Positions 13,299-22,005 of a stretch of 52,205 nucleotides of DNA are shown in pieces. The notes beneath the pieces were generated by a model that worked only from the letters and a program-made list of their open reading frames with translations, did not search any database and was not told the DNA's origin. The DNA lies in contig JBGPHP010000002.1 of assembly GCA_041484445.1 (NCBI GenBank), positions 1 through 52,205 of the forward strand. The letters run 5' to 3'. The stretch's first letter is position 1, and every line of letters begins with the position of its first letter. Source of the DNA: Gemmatimonadota bacterium. GTDB taxonomy: Bacteria; Gemmatimonadota; Gemmatimonadetes; Gemmatimonadales; GWC2-71-9. Both the position numbers and the translations under genes were made by a program.

Positions 13299-13842
13299 GC
13301 TGGGAGACGAGGAGCGGCGGGCGCTGCTCCGGGTGGCCCGGCAGGCGCTGCAGGCGGTGCTGAGCGGTGCGGCGCAGCCGGAGGAGCTGTCGGAGTCGGG
13401 GGCCCTCCAGCGGCCCGGGCGGGCGTTCGTCACGCTGCGACACAGCGGAGCGCTGCGCGGCTGCATCGGTCACGTCGCCCCCGATCGCCCGCTGGCCGAA
13501 GTGGTCTGGCGCGTCACCATGCTCGCCGCCACCGAAGATCCGCGGTTTCCCCCCGTGCTCCGGGAGGAGCTGGACGAGCTGCGGCTCGAGATCTCCGTAC
13601 TGTCGGAGCCGACGCGGATGGGCGTCGCGGACCCCGCGGGCATCGAGCCCGGACGCGACGGCGTGATGGTGCGGCGCGGCCGGCGGCAGGGGCTCCTCCT
13701 GCCCCAGGTCGCGACCGAGCAGCGCTGGGACGCGGCGGCGCTGCTCGTGGCCGTGTGCCGCAAGGCGGGCCTGGCGGACGACGCCTGGCGCCGACCGGAC
13801 TGCGAGCTCTACGTCTTCCAAGCGGACGTGTTCGGCGAATGA
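13285..13842 (+). CDS. AMMECR1-domain protein (5' end uncertain)
   Basis: AMMECR1 core GAFVTLRHSGALRGCIGH...EDPRFPPV...EISVLS...LLPQVA. There is no in-frame ATG/GTG/TTG between 13033 and 13333. Homology-like sequence already starts around 13290, so the start was set provisionally at ATC 13285. Confidence 0.7.
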   Translation: MAGPELGDEERRALLRVARQALQAVLSGAAQPEELSESGALQRPGRAFVTLRHSGALRGCIGHVAPDRPLAEVVWRVTMLAATEDPRFPPVLREELDELRLEISVLSEPTRMGVADPAGIEPGRDGVMVRRGRRQGLLLPQVATEQRWDAAALLVAVCRKAGLADDAWRRPDCELYVFQADVFGE

Positions 13843-14561
13843 CCGAGTGGTTCGAGCAGTGGTTCGGGGAGGAGTACCACGCCCTGTACCCGCACCGCGA
13901 TTCGGAGGATGCGCGGCGCGCCGTCGAGCTGATCCACCGCGTGGCACCCTGGCGCCCCGGCAGCGCCGTCCTGGACCTGGCCTGCGGGGCCGGGCGCCAC
14001 GCCGCGGAGCTGGAGGGCGTGGGCGCGAGGGTGGTCGGCCTCGACCTCTCACCGGCGATGCTGCACCGTGCGCGGCAGCGCACCCGGGCGTACCTCGTGC
14101 GTGGGGACATGCGGGAGCTCCCGTTCCGCGCCGGCAGCTTCGGGCTGGTGGTCAACCTGTTCACGTCGTTCGGCTACTTCCGCTCCGATGCCGAGCACGG
14201 GCAGGTGTTGCGTCAGGTGGCGCTGGTGCTGGAGCCCGAGGGGCGGTTCGTCCTCGACTACCTGAATGCCGATCAGGTGCGGCGGACGCTGCGGCGCGAC
14301 AGCGAGGAGATCTCCGATGGGGACGGGGGCGCCCGGGTGCGGCGCCGCTTCAGCGAGGAGGGGCGCTACGTCGTGAAGGAAATCGAGCTGCGGGCGGAGA
14401 ACCGGAGTTTCCAGGAGCGGGTGCGTCTGTTCAATGCGCAGGAGCTCGAAACGTTGCTGCGCGACGCCGGGCTGGTCGTGGTCGAGCGGTTCGGGGACTA
14501 CGACGGCCGCCCGATGGCCGTCGACGCGCCCCGTGCGATTCTCGTGGCGGTGCGGCAGTGA
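13839..14561 (+). CDS. Class I SAM-dependent methyltransferase
   Basis: The ORF was trimmed to the ATG at 13839 (ATGA overlap). SAM motif I VLDLACGAGRH, then VGLDLSPAML. 240 aa. The stop overlaps the bshC GTG (GTGA). Confidence 0.75.
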   Translation: MTEWFEQWFGEEYHALYPHRDSEDARRAVELIHRVAPWRPGSAVLDLACGAGRHAAELEGVGARVVGLDLSPAMLHRARQRTRAYLVRGDMRELPFRAGSFGLVVNLFTSFGYFRSDAEHGQVLRQVALVLEPEGRFVLDYLNADQVRRTLRRDSEEISDGDGGARVRRRFSEEGRYVVKEIELRAENRSFQERVRLFNAQELETLLRDAGLVVVERFGDYDGRPMAVDAPRAILVAVRQ

Positions 14562-15988
14562 TCTCCCGCATTGTCGCGACACCCATCGCGCCGGCCCCGG
14601 CGCCGGCGAGCCTGCGCCGTATGCCGCCCCGCCGCGTCGCGGCGTCGCTCCTGGCCACGACACTGCCCGGTCCGGGACGCGATCGACTGGCGGCGGGCGA
14701 GGTGCTGGTGGTGACGACCGGCCAGCAGCCGGGGCTGTTCACCGGGCCGCTCTACACGGTTTACAAGGCGCTCTCGGCGGTGGCCCTCGCGGCCCGGCTC
14801 GAACGGGAGTGGCACGTACCGGTCGTTCCGGTGTTCTGGGTCGCCGGCGACGATCACGATTTCCAGGAAGCCAACCACGCCACCGTCCTCAACGCGGCGG
14901 GGATGCCCGTGCGCATCGTGCTGCGCGAGCGGGCGCCGGAGGCCCCGGCGTGGCCCATGGCGCGGGAGACCTGTGGTCCGGACATCCAGGAGGCGCTCGC
15001 CCGGCTCCGGGCCGAAACGCCCGACAGCGAGTTCAAGGAAGAGGTCCTGTCGTGGCTCGGCACGGCGTATCGTCCCGAGGCGAGCCTGGCGGACGCGTTC
15101 GCCGACGCGCTGCACGCGCTGCTGGGCGCGCGCGGGGTGGCGGTGACGCGGCCCTACGCGCCGGAGGCGAAGCGGGAGATGGCGCCCTGGCTGCTGCGCG
15201 CCCTCGATCTCACGCTGGACGACGGCCTCAGCCCGGTGCTGGTCGAAGCATCCCAGGGCCGCGACCGGCTGCGCCGCGACGGCGATCAGTTCGTGGCGCG
15301 GCGCAGTGGAGAGCGCTTCGACCGCGCCGCGCTCGAGCGGTTGGCCGCGGACGCTCCCGAGCGGCTTTCGCCCAACGTCTTGCTCCGTCCGGTGGTGGAA
15401 GCGGCGTTGTGGCCCACCGTGGCGTACGTGGCGGGGCCGGGCGAGCTGGGCTACCTGCCGGATGCTGCGCCGGTCTACCGGGCGCTCGCGGTGACGCCGC
15501 AAACGCCGGTGCCCCGGTGGTCCGGAGTGCTGGTGGAGAACCGGGTGGAGAAGGTGCTCGAGAAATACGGGCTCAAGCCGGAGGACTTCGCCGGACCCGC
15601 GGGGGCGGTGGAATCGCGCCTCGTGCGGGATCAGCTGCCAACGGACGTCGCCGAAGCGCTGGAGGGGATGCAGCGCGATCTGCAGACGACCTACGGCCGT
15701 CTCTCGGGTGGAGTCGCGAAGGTCGACCCCACGCTCGAGCGCACGGTAGAATCAGCACGCAACGCCGCGTTGTCGGGTATGCGCGAGATCGAGAAGAAGC
15801 TCGTGGCCAGCTTGAAGCGCACCAGCGATTCGCTCGTCGGCCAGCTGACACGGGCGCGGGCCGCGCTGTACCCGGAAGGCGCACCGCAGGAGCGCACCCT
15901 CACCTACGCATCGATGGCGGTGCGTTACGGGCCGCCGTTGCTCGACGCACTGATGGATGAAGTAGCGCGCGGGACGGCGGGTTCTTAG
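14558..15988 (+). CDS. bshC: Bacillithiol biosynthesis cysteine-adding enzyme BshC
   Basis: The 713-aa ORF was trimmed to the GTG at 14558. TTGQQPGLFTGPLYTVYKALSAVALA...VPVFWVAGDDHDFQE, SPNVLLRPVVE...VAGPGELGYL and PQERTLTY...RYGP align with the B. subtilis YllA/BshC motifs. Confidence 0.9.
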   Translation: MISRIVATPIAPAPAPASLRRMPPRRVAASLLATTLPGPGRDRLAAGEVLVVTTGQQPGLFTGPLYTVYKALSAVALAARLEREWHVPVVPVFWVAGDDHDFQEANHATVLNAAGMPVRIVLRERAPEAPAWPMARETCGPDIQEALARLRAETPDSEFKEEVLSWLGTAYRPEASLADAFADALHALLGARGVAVTRPYAPEAKREMAPWLLRALDLTLDDGLSPVLVEASQGRDRLRRDGDQFVARRSGERFDRAALERLAADAPERLSPNVLLRPVVEAALWPTVAYVAGPGELGYLPDAAPVYRALAVTPQTPVPRWSGVLVENRVEKVLEKYGLKPEDFAGPAGAVESRLVRDQLPTDVAEALEGMQRDLQTTYGRLSGGVAKVDPTLERTVESARNAALSGMREIEKKLVASLKRTSDSLVGQLTRARAALYPEGAPQERTLTYASMAVRYGPPLLDALMDEVARGTAGS

Positions 15989-15997
15989 GTTGTCGGC

Positions 15998-16273
15998 ATG
16001 ATCAGTATCGCCATCGTCCTCCTCGTCTTCGTCGCCCTGATGATCCCGATCGTGGCGATCCTAGTCGATTCGCCGCTGGGTCGCTCGATCGCCCGGCGGC
16101 TCGAGGGCGGCGCCCCGGGGACCGGGGAGCTGGGGGAGCTGCACCGCAAGGTCGATCTGCTGGAAGGCGAGGTGGAGGAGCTGCATCGATCGCTCACCGG
16201 CATGAAGGACGAGCTGCAGTTCGTGCAGCGGCTGCTCGAGAAGCCGAAGACTCCGGGATCCTCCGGCAGTTAG
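15998..16273 (+). CDS. Small membrane-anchored coiled-coil protein (PspB-like architecture), function unknown
   Basis: 91 aa. One N-terminal TM segment (ISIAIVLLVFVALMIPIVAILV), then heptad-like ELHRKVDLLEGEVEELHRSLTGMKDELQFVQRLLE. Third codon positions are strongly G/C in this frame. Confidence 0.55.
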   Translation: MISIAIVLLVFVALMIPIVAILVDSPLGRSIARRLEGGAPGTGELGELHRKVDLLEGEVEELHRSLTGMKDELQFVQRLLEKPKTPGSSGS

Positions 16274-16276
16274 TCC

Positions 16277-17848
16277 GTGGCCGCCGCCGGTCCCGCCGAC
16301 TCCGGCGGCCGCCATGCCGCGCAGGTGGCCGCCGGCATCTTGCTCACCCGCGTGCTGGGGTATGTCCGCGAGCGGGTGTTCGCCTATTACTTCGGCAATC
16401 ACACGGCGGCTGCGGACGCCTTCCGGGCCGCGCTGAAGATCCCCAATACGATCCGTAATCTGCTGGGCGAGGGGACGCTGTCCGCGTCCTTCATCCCGGT
16501 GTACGCGTCGCTGCACGAACGGGATCGGACCGCCGCCCGTGCCCTGGCCGGCGCGGTCCTCGGCCTGCTGCTCCTCGCCACCGGTGTGCTGGCGGTGCTG
16601 GGGATCGCGCTCGCCCCCGCGATCACGACGGCCGTGGCTGCCGGCTTCGACGCCCCGCGGCGCGACCTCACGATCGTGCTGGTGCGCATCCTGTTCCCCA
16701 TGACGGGCGTGATGGTGATTTCCGCCTGGTGTCTGGGAATCCTGAGCACGCACCGCCGCTTCTTTTTGCCCTATGCCGCCCCGGTCCTGTGGAACGTGGC
16801 GGGAATCGCGGCCCTGGTCGGGGCCGCCACCTGGGTGGTGACGCCCGCCCTGCCACCGGACACGAGGTTGTACCGGCTCGCGCTCGCGCTGGCCTGGGGG
16901 ACCGTTGCCGGCAGCGTGCTGCAGGTCGCCGTGCAGCTCCCGGCCTGCTGGGCGCTGCTGCAAGGCATCGCCCTGCGCTTTTCGGCTCGTGTGGGCGGTG
17001 TGCGCGAGGTACTCCTGGCATGGGTTCCCGTCGTGCTCGGCGCCGGCGTGGCGCAGATCTCCGGGCTCATCGATACGCTGCTCGGGTCGTTCGCAGGCAA
17101 TGCCGGCGTCTCCAGTCTCGGATACGCGCAGTTGATTCAGATTCTGCCGATCAGCGTGTTCGGGGTGTCGGTCGCGGCCGTGTCGCTGCCCGATCTGTCG
17201 CGCGACGCGATCGCCGCCGCGCCCAACGAACAGCTGCGCGGTCGGATCGCCGCGGGATTCCGCCGCATCACCTACTTCGTGGTGCCGTCGTCGTTTCTCT
17301 TCGCCGCTCTCGGGCCGGTGCTCGTCGCCGCGCTGTTCCAGACCGGGCGGTTCGACGCGGATGACACGGCGCTCGTCGGGGGTGTCCTGGCGGCGTACGG
17401 GATCGGACTGATGGGGCAGGCGACCGTGAAACTGTTCGCGTCGGGGTTCTACGCGCTGCGGGACACGCGCACGCCGGTGAAGATCGCCGCCTTTTCGGTC
17501 CTCCTCTCCAGTGCGCTCGCCTACGTCTTCATGCATCGCTACGGGCCGGCGGGTATCGCGCTCGGTTCGTCGCTGGGGGCGTGGGTGAATGTCGTGCTCC
17601 ATCTCAACGACCTGGATCGGCGCATCGGGACCGTGATGAGCGGGCGGGATTGGCGTGCCTTCGCGGGATCGCTGGTCTCGGCCCTCGCGGCGAGTGGGGC
17701 AGGGGTCGTCACCGCGCACCTGGCGGCCGGCCTGGCGCCGATTCCGTTGGCCCTGGTCGTCGTGTGTATCTTTGGGGCCGTCTACTTCGGCTGCACCCTG
17801 GTGCTGCAGCACCCCGACGCCGCCCGTCTATGGAAGTCCCTGCACTGA
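16277..17848 (+). CDS. murJ: Lipid II flippase MurJ (MviN)
   Basis: 523 aa polytopic protein. The N-terminus LTRVLGYVRERVFAYYFG..ADAF..ALKIPNTIRNLLGEGTLSASFIPV is the MurJ signature. Confidence 0.9.
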   Translation: MAAAGPADSGGRHAAQVAAGILLTRVLGYVRERVFAYYFGNHTAAADAFRAALKIPNTIRNLLGEGTLSASFIPVYASLHERDRTAARALAGAVLGLLLLATGVLAVLGIALAPAITTAVAAGFDAPRRDLTIVLVRILFPMTGVMVISAWCLGILSTHRRFFLPYAAPVLWNVAGIAALVGAATWVVTPALPPDTRLYRLALALAWGTVAGSVLQVAVQLPACWALLQGIALRFSARVGGVREVLLAWVPVVLGAGVAQISGLIDTLLGSFAGNAGVSSLGYAQLIQILPISVFGVSVAAVSLPDLSRDAIAAAPNEQLRGRIAAGFRRITYFVVPSSFLFAALGPVLVAALFQTGRFDADDTALVGGVLAAYGIGLMGQATVKLFASGFYALRDTRTPVKIAAFSVLLSSALAYVFMHRYGPAGIALGSSLGAWVNVVLHLNDLDRRIGTVMSGRDWRAFAGSLVSALAASGAGVVTAHLAAGLAPIPLALVVVCIFGAVYFGCTLVLQHPDAARLWKSLH

Positions 17849-19635
17849 TCGCCCGAAAACTCGCCGCGCTTCCGGACCGCCCGGGCGTGTATCTGTGGAA
17901 GAGCTCGGGCGGCGACGTGCTCTACGTCGGTAAGGCGAAGAGTCTGCGGAGCCGGGTGCCCGCCTATTTCGCGCCGGATCATCAGGACACGCCCGAGCGG
18001 GCCGCCCTCGCCGCCCAGATCGCGGACCTCGAGACGATTATCGTGCCGGATGAGGCGCAGGCGCTGCTGCTCGAGAACAACCTGATCAAGGAGCATCAGC
18101 CGCGCTTCAATATCCGGCTGCGGGATGACAAGAGCTATCCCCGGATCGCCGTGACAGTGGGGGAGCCGTTTCCGCGGGTACTGGTGGTGCGCCGCATCCA
18201 GCTCGAAGGGGCGCGCTACTTCGGTCCCTACACCGACGTCGGGACGTTGCGGCAGACCCTCAGCATCATTCGCCGGCTGTTCACCGTGCGCAGCTGCCAC
18301 TACGACCTCCCGGGCGACGCCCCGGCCAGGCCCTGTCTCGACTATCACATCGAGCGCTGCCGGGCGCCGTGCGTCGGCTACCAGTCCGAGGCCGACTACC
18401 GGCTGATGATCGACGACGTGCTGCTCTTTCTGGAGGGGAAAACGCTGGACGTGCGCAGCCGGTTGCGGGAGCGGATGCAGACCGCATCGGCCGAGCTCGA
18501 TTTCGAGCGGGCGGCGCAGCTGCGGGACGCCCTCCAGTGGCTCGAGCAGGTGGAGCGGCCGCCAACCGTTGAGCGGGTGGGCGGCGGTGACGCCGACGTC
18601 ATCGGCCTGGCGCGCGACGGGGACGATGCGTGCGGCGTGATCCTCCGCATCCGCGACGGACGCCTCATCGCCCGCGAGCACCGCTTCCTGGAGCGCGCGG
18701 GCGGCGAGCCTGAGGCGACCGTGCTGGCGGCGTTCCTGGTCCGGTTCTACCTGCCGCTCGAGGCGCGCGCGGCCCGGGTGCTGCTGCCGTTCGTTCCTGA
18801 AGATCTGGAGGGACTGCGGGCCCTGTCACCGGCGGTCGACTGGCATACCCCGCAGCGCGGCACCAACGCCAAGCTGGTCGAGCTGGCCGAGCAGAACGCC
18901 CGGCACCTGCTCGAGAGCCTGTTGTTGGAGTCGTTCGACGTGGAGGAGCGCGCCGCCGACCCCGTTTACGCGTTGGGGCGCGACCTCGGGTTGGCGAGCG
19001 TGCCGCGCGCGTTCGTGTGCATCGACATCTCCACGAACCAGGGCCGAGACACCGTCGGATCGCTGGTCTGGTTCGAGGCGGGACGTCCCAAGAAGGCCGA
19101 ATACCGCCGCTTCCGCATCAAGGGACCGCAACAGGACGATTTCGCCGCGGTGCACGAGGTGGTCTCGCGGTTCGTACGGCGCCGGCTGGAGGAGCAGAAA
19201 CCGCTGCCGGATCTGGTGGTCGTGGACGGCGGGCGGGGACAGCTGTCGGCCGCGCTGGCGGCCGCGGCGGCAGCGGGAGCGGCGGCCCTGCCGCTCGCGA
19301 GTCTCGCCAAGCGGGAGGAAGAGGTGTACCTCCCAGGCCGCGCGGATCCGCTGCGGCTGTCGCGCCGGAGTCCCTCCCTCAAGCTGCTGCAGCGCGCCCG
19401 GGACGAGGCACATCGCTTCGCCGTCAGCTACAGCCGGAATCGGCGCGCCAAACGGATCATCACCTCGGAGCTGCTGACGATCCCCGGGGTAGGCCCGAAC
19501 CGACGCCGCGTGCTGCTCGAGCGGTTCGGTTCCGTGGCGGGAGTGCGGACAGCCACACGGGATGAGATCGCCTCGCTCCCGGGATTCTCGCATCGCCTGG
19601 CGGAGCGGATTCTCGACCGGTTGGAGCGCCGGTGA
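17830..19635 (+). CDS. uvrC: Excinuclease ABC subunit C (UvrC)
   Basis: The ORF was trimmed to the ATG at 17830. GIY-YIG domain (PGVYLWKSSGGDVLYVGKAKSLRSRV), a UVR domain, an endonuclease V-like domain and a C-terminal (HhH)2. Confidence 0.95.
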   Translation: MEVPALIARKLAALPDRPGVYLWKSSGGDVLYVGKAKSLRSRVPAYFAPDHQDTPERAALAAQIADLETIIVPDEAQALLLENNLIKEHQPRFNIRLRDDKSYPRIAVTVGEPFPRVLVVRRIQLEGARYFGPYTDVGTLRQTLSIIRRLFTVRSCHYDLPGDAPARPCLDYHIERCRAPCVGYQSEADYRLMIDDVLLFLEGKTLDVRSRLRERMQTASAELDFERAAQLRDALQWLEQVERPPTVERVGGGDADVIGLARDGDDACGVILRIRDGRLIAREHRFLERAGGEPEATVLAAFLVRFYLPLEARAARVLLPFVPEDLEGLRALSPAVDWHTPQRGTNAKLVELAEQNARHLLESLLLESFDVEERAADPVYALGRDLGLASVPRAFVCIDISTNQGRDTVGSLVWFEAGRPKKAEYRRFRIKGPQQDDFAAVHEVVSRFVRRRLEEQKPLPDLVVVDGGRGQLSAALAAAAAAGAAALPLASLAKREEEVYLPGRADPLRLSRRSPSLKLLQRARDEAHRFAVSYSRNRRAKRIITSELLTIPGVGPNRRRVLLERFGSVAGVRTATRDEIASLPGFSHRLAERILDRLERR

Positions 19636-20786
19636 CGGCCTTCCCCTGGTCGCTGGAGTGCTCGGGCTGCGGCGCAGCGCGTGGTGCGGATGGCCTCCCC
19701 GGCGTGTGCCCAGCGTGCGGGTCGCCGTATCTGGTGCGCTACGCCACCCGCCCGACACCCGCCGCGAAGTCGGCGATGGCGACGCGTCCCTGGACCATGT
19801 GGCGCTATCGGGAGTGGCTGCCCCTGACGGACGGGGAGCGGGAGGTGACGCTCGGGGAGGGGGGGACACCGCTGCTCGAGGTGCCTCGGCTGGCGGCGCG
19901 TTACGGCTTCGAGCGACTGCTGGTCAAAGACGAGTCGGTGAACCCCACCGGATCGTTCAAGGCGCGTGGGCTGGCGGCCGCGGTGACCCGCGCGCGCCAC
20001 GCCGGCGCAGAGCGCTTCGTGGTGCCGACCGCGGGCAACGCGGGGGTCGCGCTGGCGGCGTACGCGGCGCGCGACGGCGCGGCGGCCCGGGTGTACGCTC
20101 CCGCGACGACGCCGTCCACGATTGTGTCGCAGATTCGGAGCTTCGGCGCCGAACTCGTCCTGCTCGAAGGGCACATCGGGGATTGCGGCAAAGCGGCGCG
20201 GGCCTATGCCGTCGAGAGCGGCGCGGTCGACGTTTCCACACTGCGCGAGCCATACCGCATCGAAGGCAAGAAGACCCTGGGGTTGGAGCTGGCGGAGCAG
20301 CTGGGCTGGACGGTGCCGGCGGCGATCGTGTACCCCACGGGAGGTGGGACCGGGTTGATCGGCATGTGGAAGGCGTTCGGCGAGCTGCGTGAGGCGGGGT
20401 GGATCTCGGGCGACCTGCCGCGCATGTACTCGGTGCAGGCGAGCGGGTGCGCCCCGGTGGTCGCCGCATTCGAGGGCGGCGCGGAGCGCTGCACGCCCTG
20501 GCCGGACCCGCGGACGGTGGCGGCGGGATTGCGCGTGCCGGGCCCGCTGGGCGACCGCTTGATGCTGGCGGCCCTGCGCGAGAGCGGTGGCGGGGCCGTC
20601 GCGGTCAGCGATGCGGAGCTCGAAGCGGGGGCGCGGGGTCTCCAGATCATCGAGGGAATCGATGCCGCGCCCGAAGGGGGCGCCACACTCGCGGCGGCTC
20701 GGGCGTTGCTCGCGCGCGGGGCGCTCCGAGCCCAGGAAACGGTGGTTCTCTTCAATACCGGCGCTGGGTGGCTGTACCGGGGCTAA
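19632..20786 (+). CDS. thrC: Threonine synthase-like PLP enzyme (fold type II) with N-terminal zinc ribbon
   Basis: CSGCG...CPACG zinc ribbon, PLP-lysine motif NPTGSFKARG, GNAG and a G-rich loop PTGGGTGLIG. The GTG start overlaps the uvrC stop (GTGA). Exact specificity cannot be proven from the sequence. Confidence 0.7.
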   Translation: MTAFPWSLECSGCGAARGADGLPGVCPACGSPYLVRYATRPTPAAKSAMATRPWTMWRYREWLPLTDGEREVTLGEGGTPLLEVPRLAARYGFERLLVKDESVNPTGSFKARGLAAAVTRARHAGAERFVVPTAGNAGVALAAYAARDGAAARVYAPATTPSTIVSQIRSFGAELVLLEGHIGDCGKAARAYAVESGAVDVSTLREPYRIEGKKTLGLELAEQLGWTVPAAIVYPTGGGTGLIGMWKAFGELREAGWISGDLPRMYSVQASGCAPVVAAFEGGAERCTPWPDPRTVAAGLRVPGPLGDRLMLAALRESGGGAVAVSDAELEAGARGLQIIEGIDAAPEGGATLAAARALLARGALRAQETVVLFNTGAGWLYRG

Positions 20787-20812
20787 CCCGTTTATATTTC
20801 GTGACTTCGGCT

Positions 20813-21997
20813 ATGCCTATTGCGGTGATTGACCCCTGCGCCGGAATCAGCGGCGACATGACGCTCGGGGCGCTGATCTCCTTGGGACTCCCGCCCGGCT
20901 GGCTCGAGGAATTGCCGCGGCGGCTGGGACTCGACGGGGTGGGCGTCTCGATTCGGGACGTGCAGCGCGGCGCGGTCGGGTGTAAGCAAGTGGAGTTCGC
21001 AATTCCCGAGCAGCCCCACGGGCGGCACGTGGCCGACCTGGTGCGGCTGGTCGAGCAGGCGCCGCTGTCGGGCTGGGTGAAGGAACGCGCGGTGGGAGCG
21101 TTCCGCGCCATCGGGACCGCTGAAGGGCAAGTGCACGGTGTGGCGCCGGAGCGGGTGCACTTGCATGAGGTGGGGGCGGTCGACGCGGTGCTCGACATCG
21201 TCGGGTCGATCGAGGGATTCGAGCGTCTCGGGGTAGATGCGATCTACCATCGTCCCATAGCGGTAGGGACGGGGTGGGTCGCGGCGGCGCATGGGCAGCT
21301 GCCGGTGCCGGCTCCCGCCACCGCGTTGCTGCTGGAGGGAATGGAGCTGGCCATCGGCGGTCCCGCGGAAGGGGAAGCGACGACGCCGACCGGTGCGGTC
21401 CTGCTGCGGGTGCTCTCGGCGGGCCCGCCCCCCGAGCGGTGGCGGCTGATCGCGGGCGGATGGGGGGCTGGGACGCGCGATCCGACGCACTACCCGAACG
21501 CCCTGCGCATCTTCCTGGCCGAGCCCGCGGCGGAAGCAGGTGAAGTGTCGGTCCTCGCGACCGACTTGGATGACTTGAGTCCCGAGTACGTCGAGCCGCT
21601 GCGTCAGGCGTTGCTCGCGGCGGGCGCGCTGGACGTCCAGACGTGGCAGGTGCAGATGAAGAAGGGCCGGATCGGATTCCGGTGCGAGATCGTGGTGGCG
21701 GAATCGGCCGTGGCGTCGGTCACCGCGGCGTTGTTCCGGCACAGCACGACCGCCGGCGTCCGCCGCACGCGGGCGGAGCGGATGACGGTGGCGCGGCGGC
21801 AGGTGACGGTGCGGCTGGGCGACGATGTGCGGGTACGGGTGAAAGTGTTCGAAGGACAAGGGGGGAGCCCTCCCCGGGTGAAGCCGGAATATGAGGACGT
21901 GCTCGCAGCGGCCCTGGCGCTGGGCCAGGCGCCGCTCGAGGTGGCGCGCGCCGCACAGCGCGGCGCCGAGGAATTGATCGCGAACGCCAAGGAGTGA
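20813..21997 (+). CDS. larC: LarC-family nickel insertion protein (DUF111)
   Basis: The ORF was trimmed to the ATG at 20813. MPIAVIDPCAGISGDMTLGALISLG, HLHEVGAVDAVLDIVG and a C-terminal ferredoxin-like domain are typical of LarC/DUF111. No larB or larE nearby. Confidence 0.8.
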   Translation: MPIAVIDPCAGISGDMTLGALISLGLPPGWLEELPRRLGLDGVGVSIRDVQRGAVGCKQVEFAIPEQPHGRHVADLVRLVEQAPLSGWVKERAVGAFRAIGTAEGQVHGVAPERVHLHEVGAVDAVLDIVGSIEGFERLGVDAIYHRPIAVGTGWVAAAHGQLPVPAPATALLLEGMELAIGGPAEGEATTPTGAVLLRVLSAGPPPERWRLIAGGWGAGTRDPTHYPNALRIFLAEPAAEAGEVSVLATDLDDLSPEYVEPLRQALLAAGALDVQTWQVQMKKGRIGFRCEIVVAESAVASVTAALFRHSTTAGVRRTRAERMTVARRQVTVRLGDDVRVRVKVFEGQGGSPPRVKPEYEDVLAAALALGQAPLEVARAAQRGAEELIANAKE

Positions 21998-22005
21998 TTG
22001 CACCC

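Noticed and set aside
13847-15988. Long N-terminal extensions of listed ORFs: 713-aa 'BshC', 456-aa ORF 9129, 630-aa ORF 9674, 532-aa ORF 20399, 509-aa ORF 46640 beyond 47821, and 282-aa ORF 50701.
   Set aside because: The upstream parts overlap the preceding genes out of frame and translate to Arg/Ala/Pro-rich low-complexity sequence. In-frame GTG/ATG codons that overlap the upstream stop (GTGA/ATGA) give products of normal length whose N-termini match the families.
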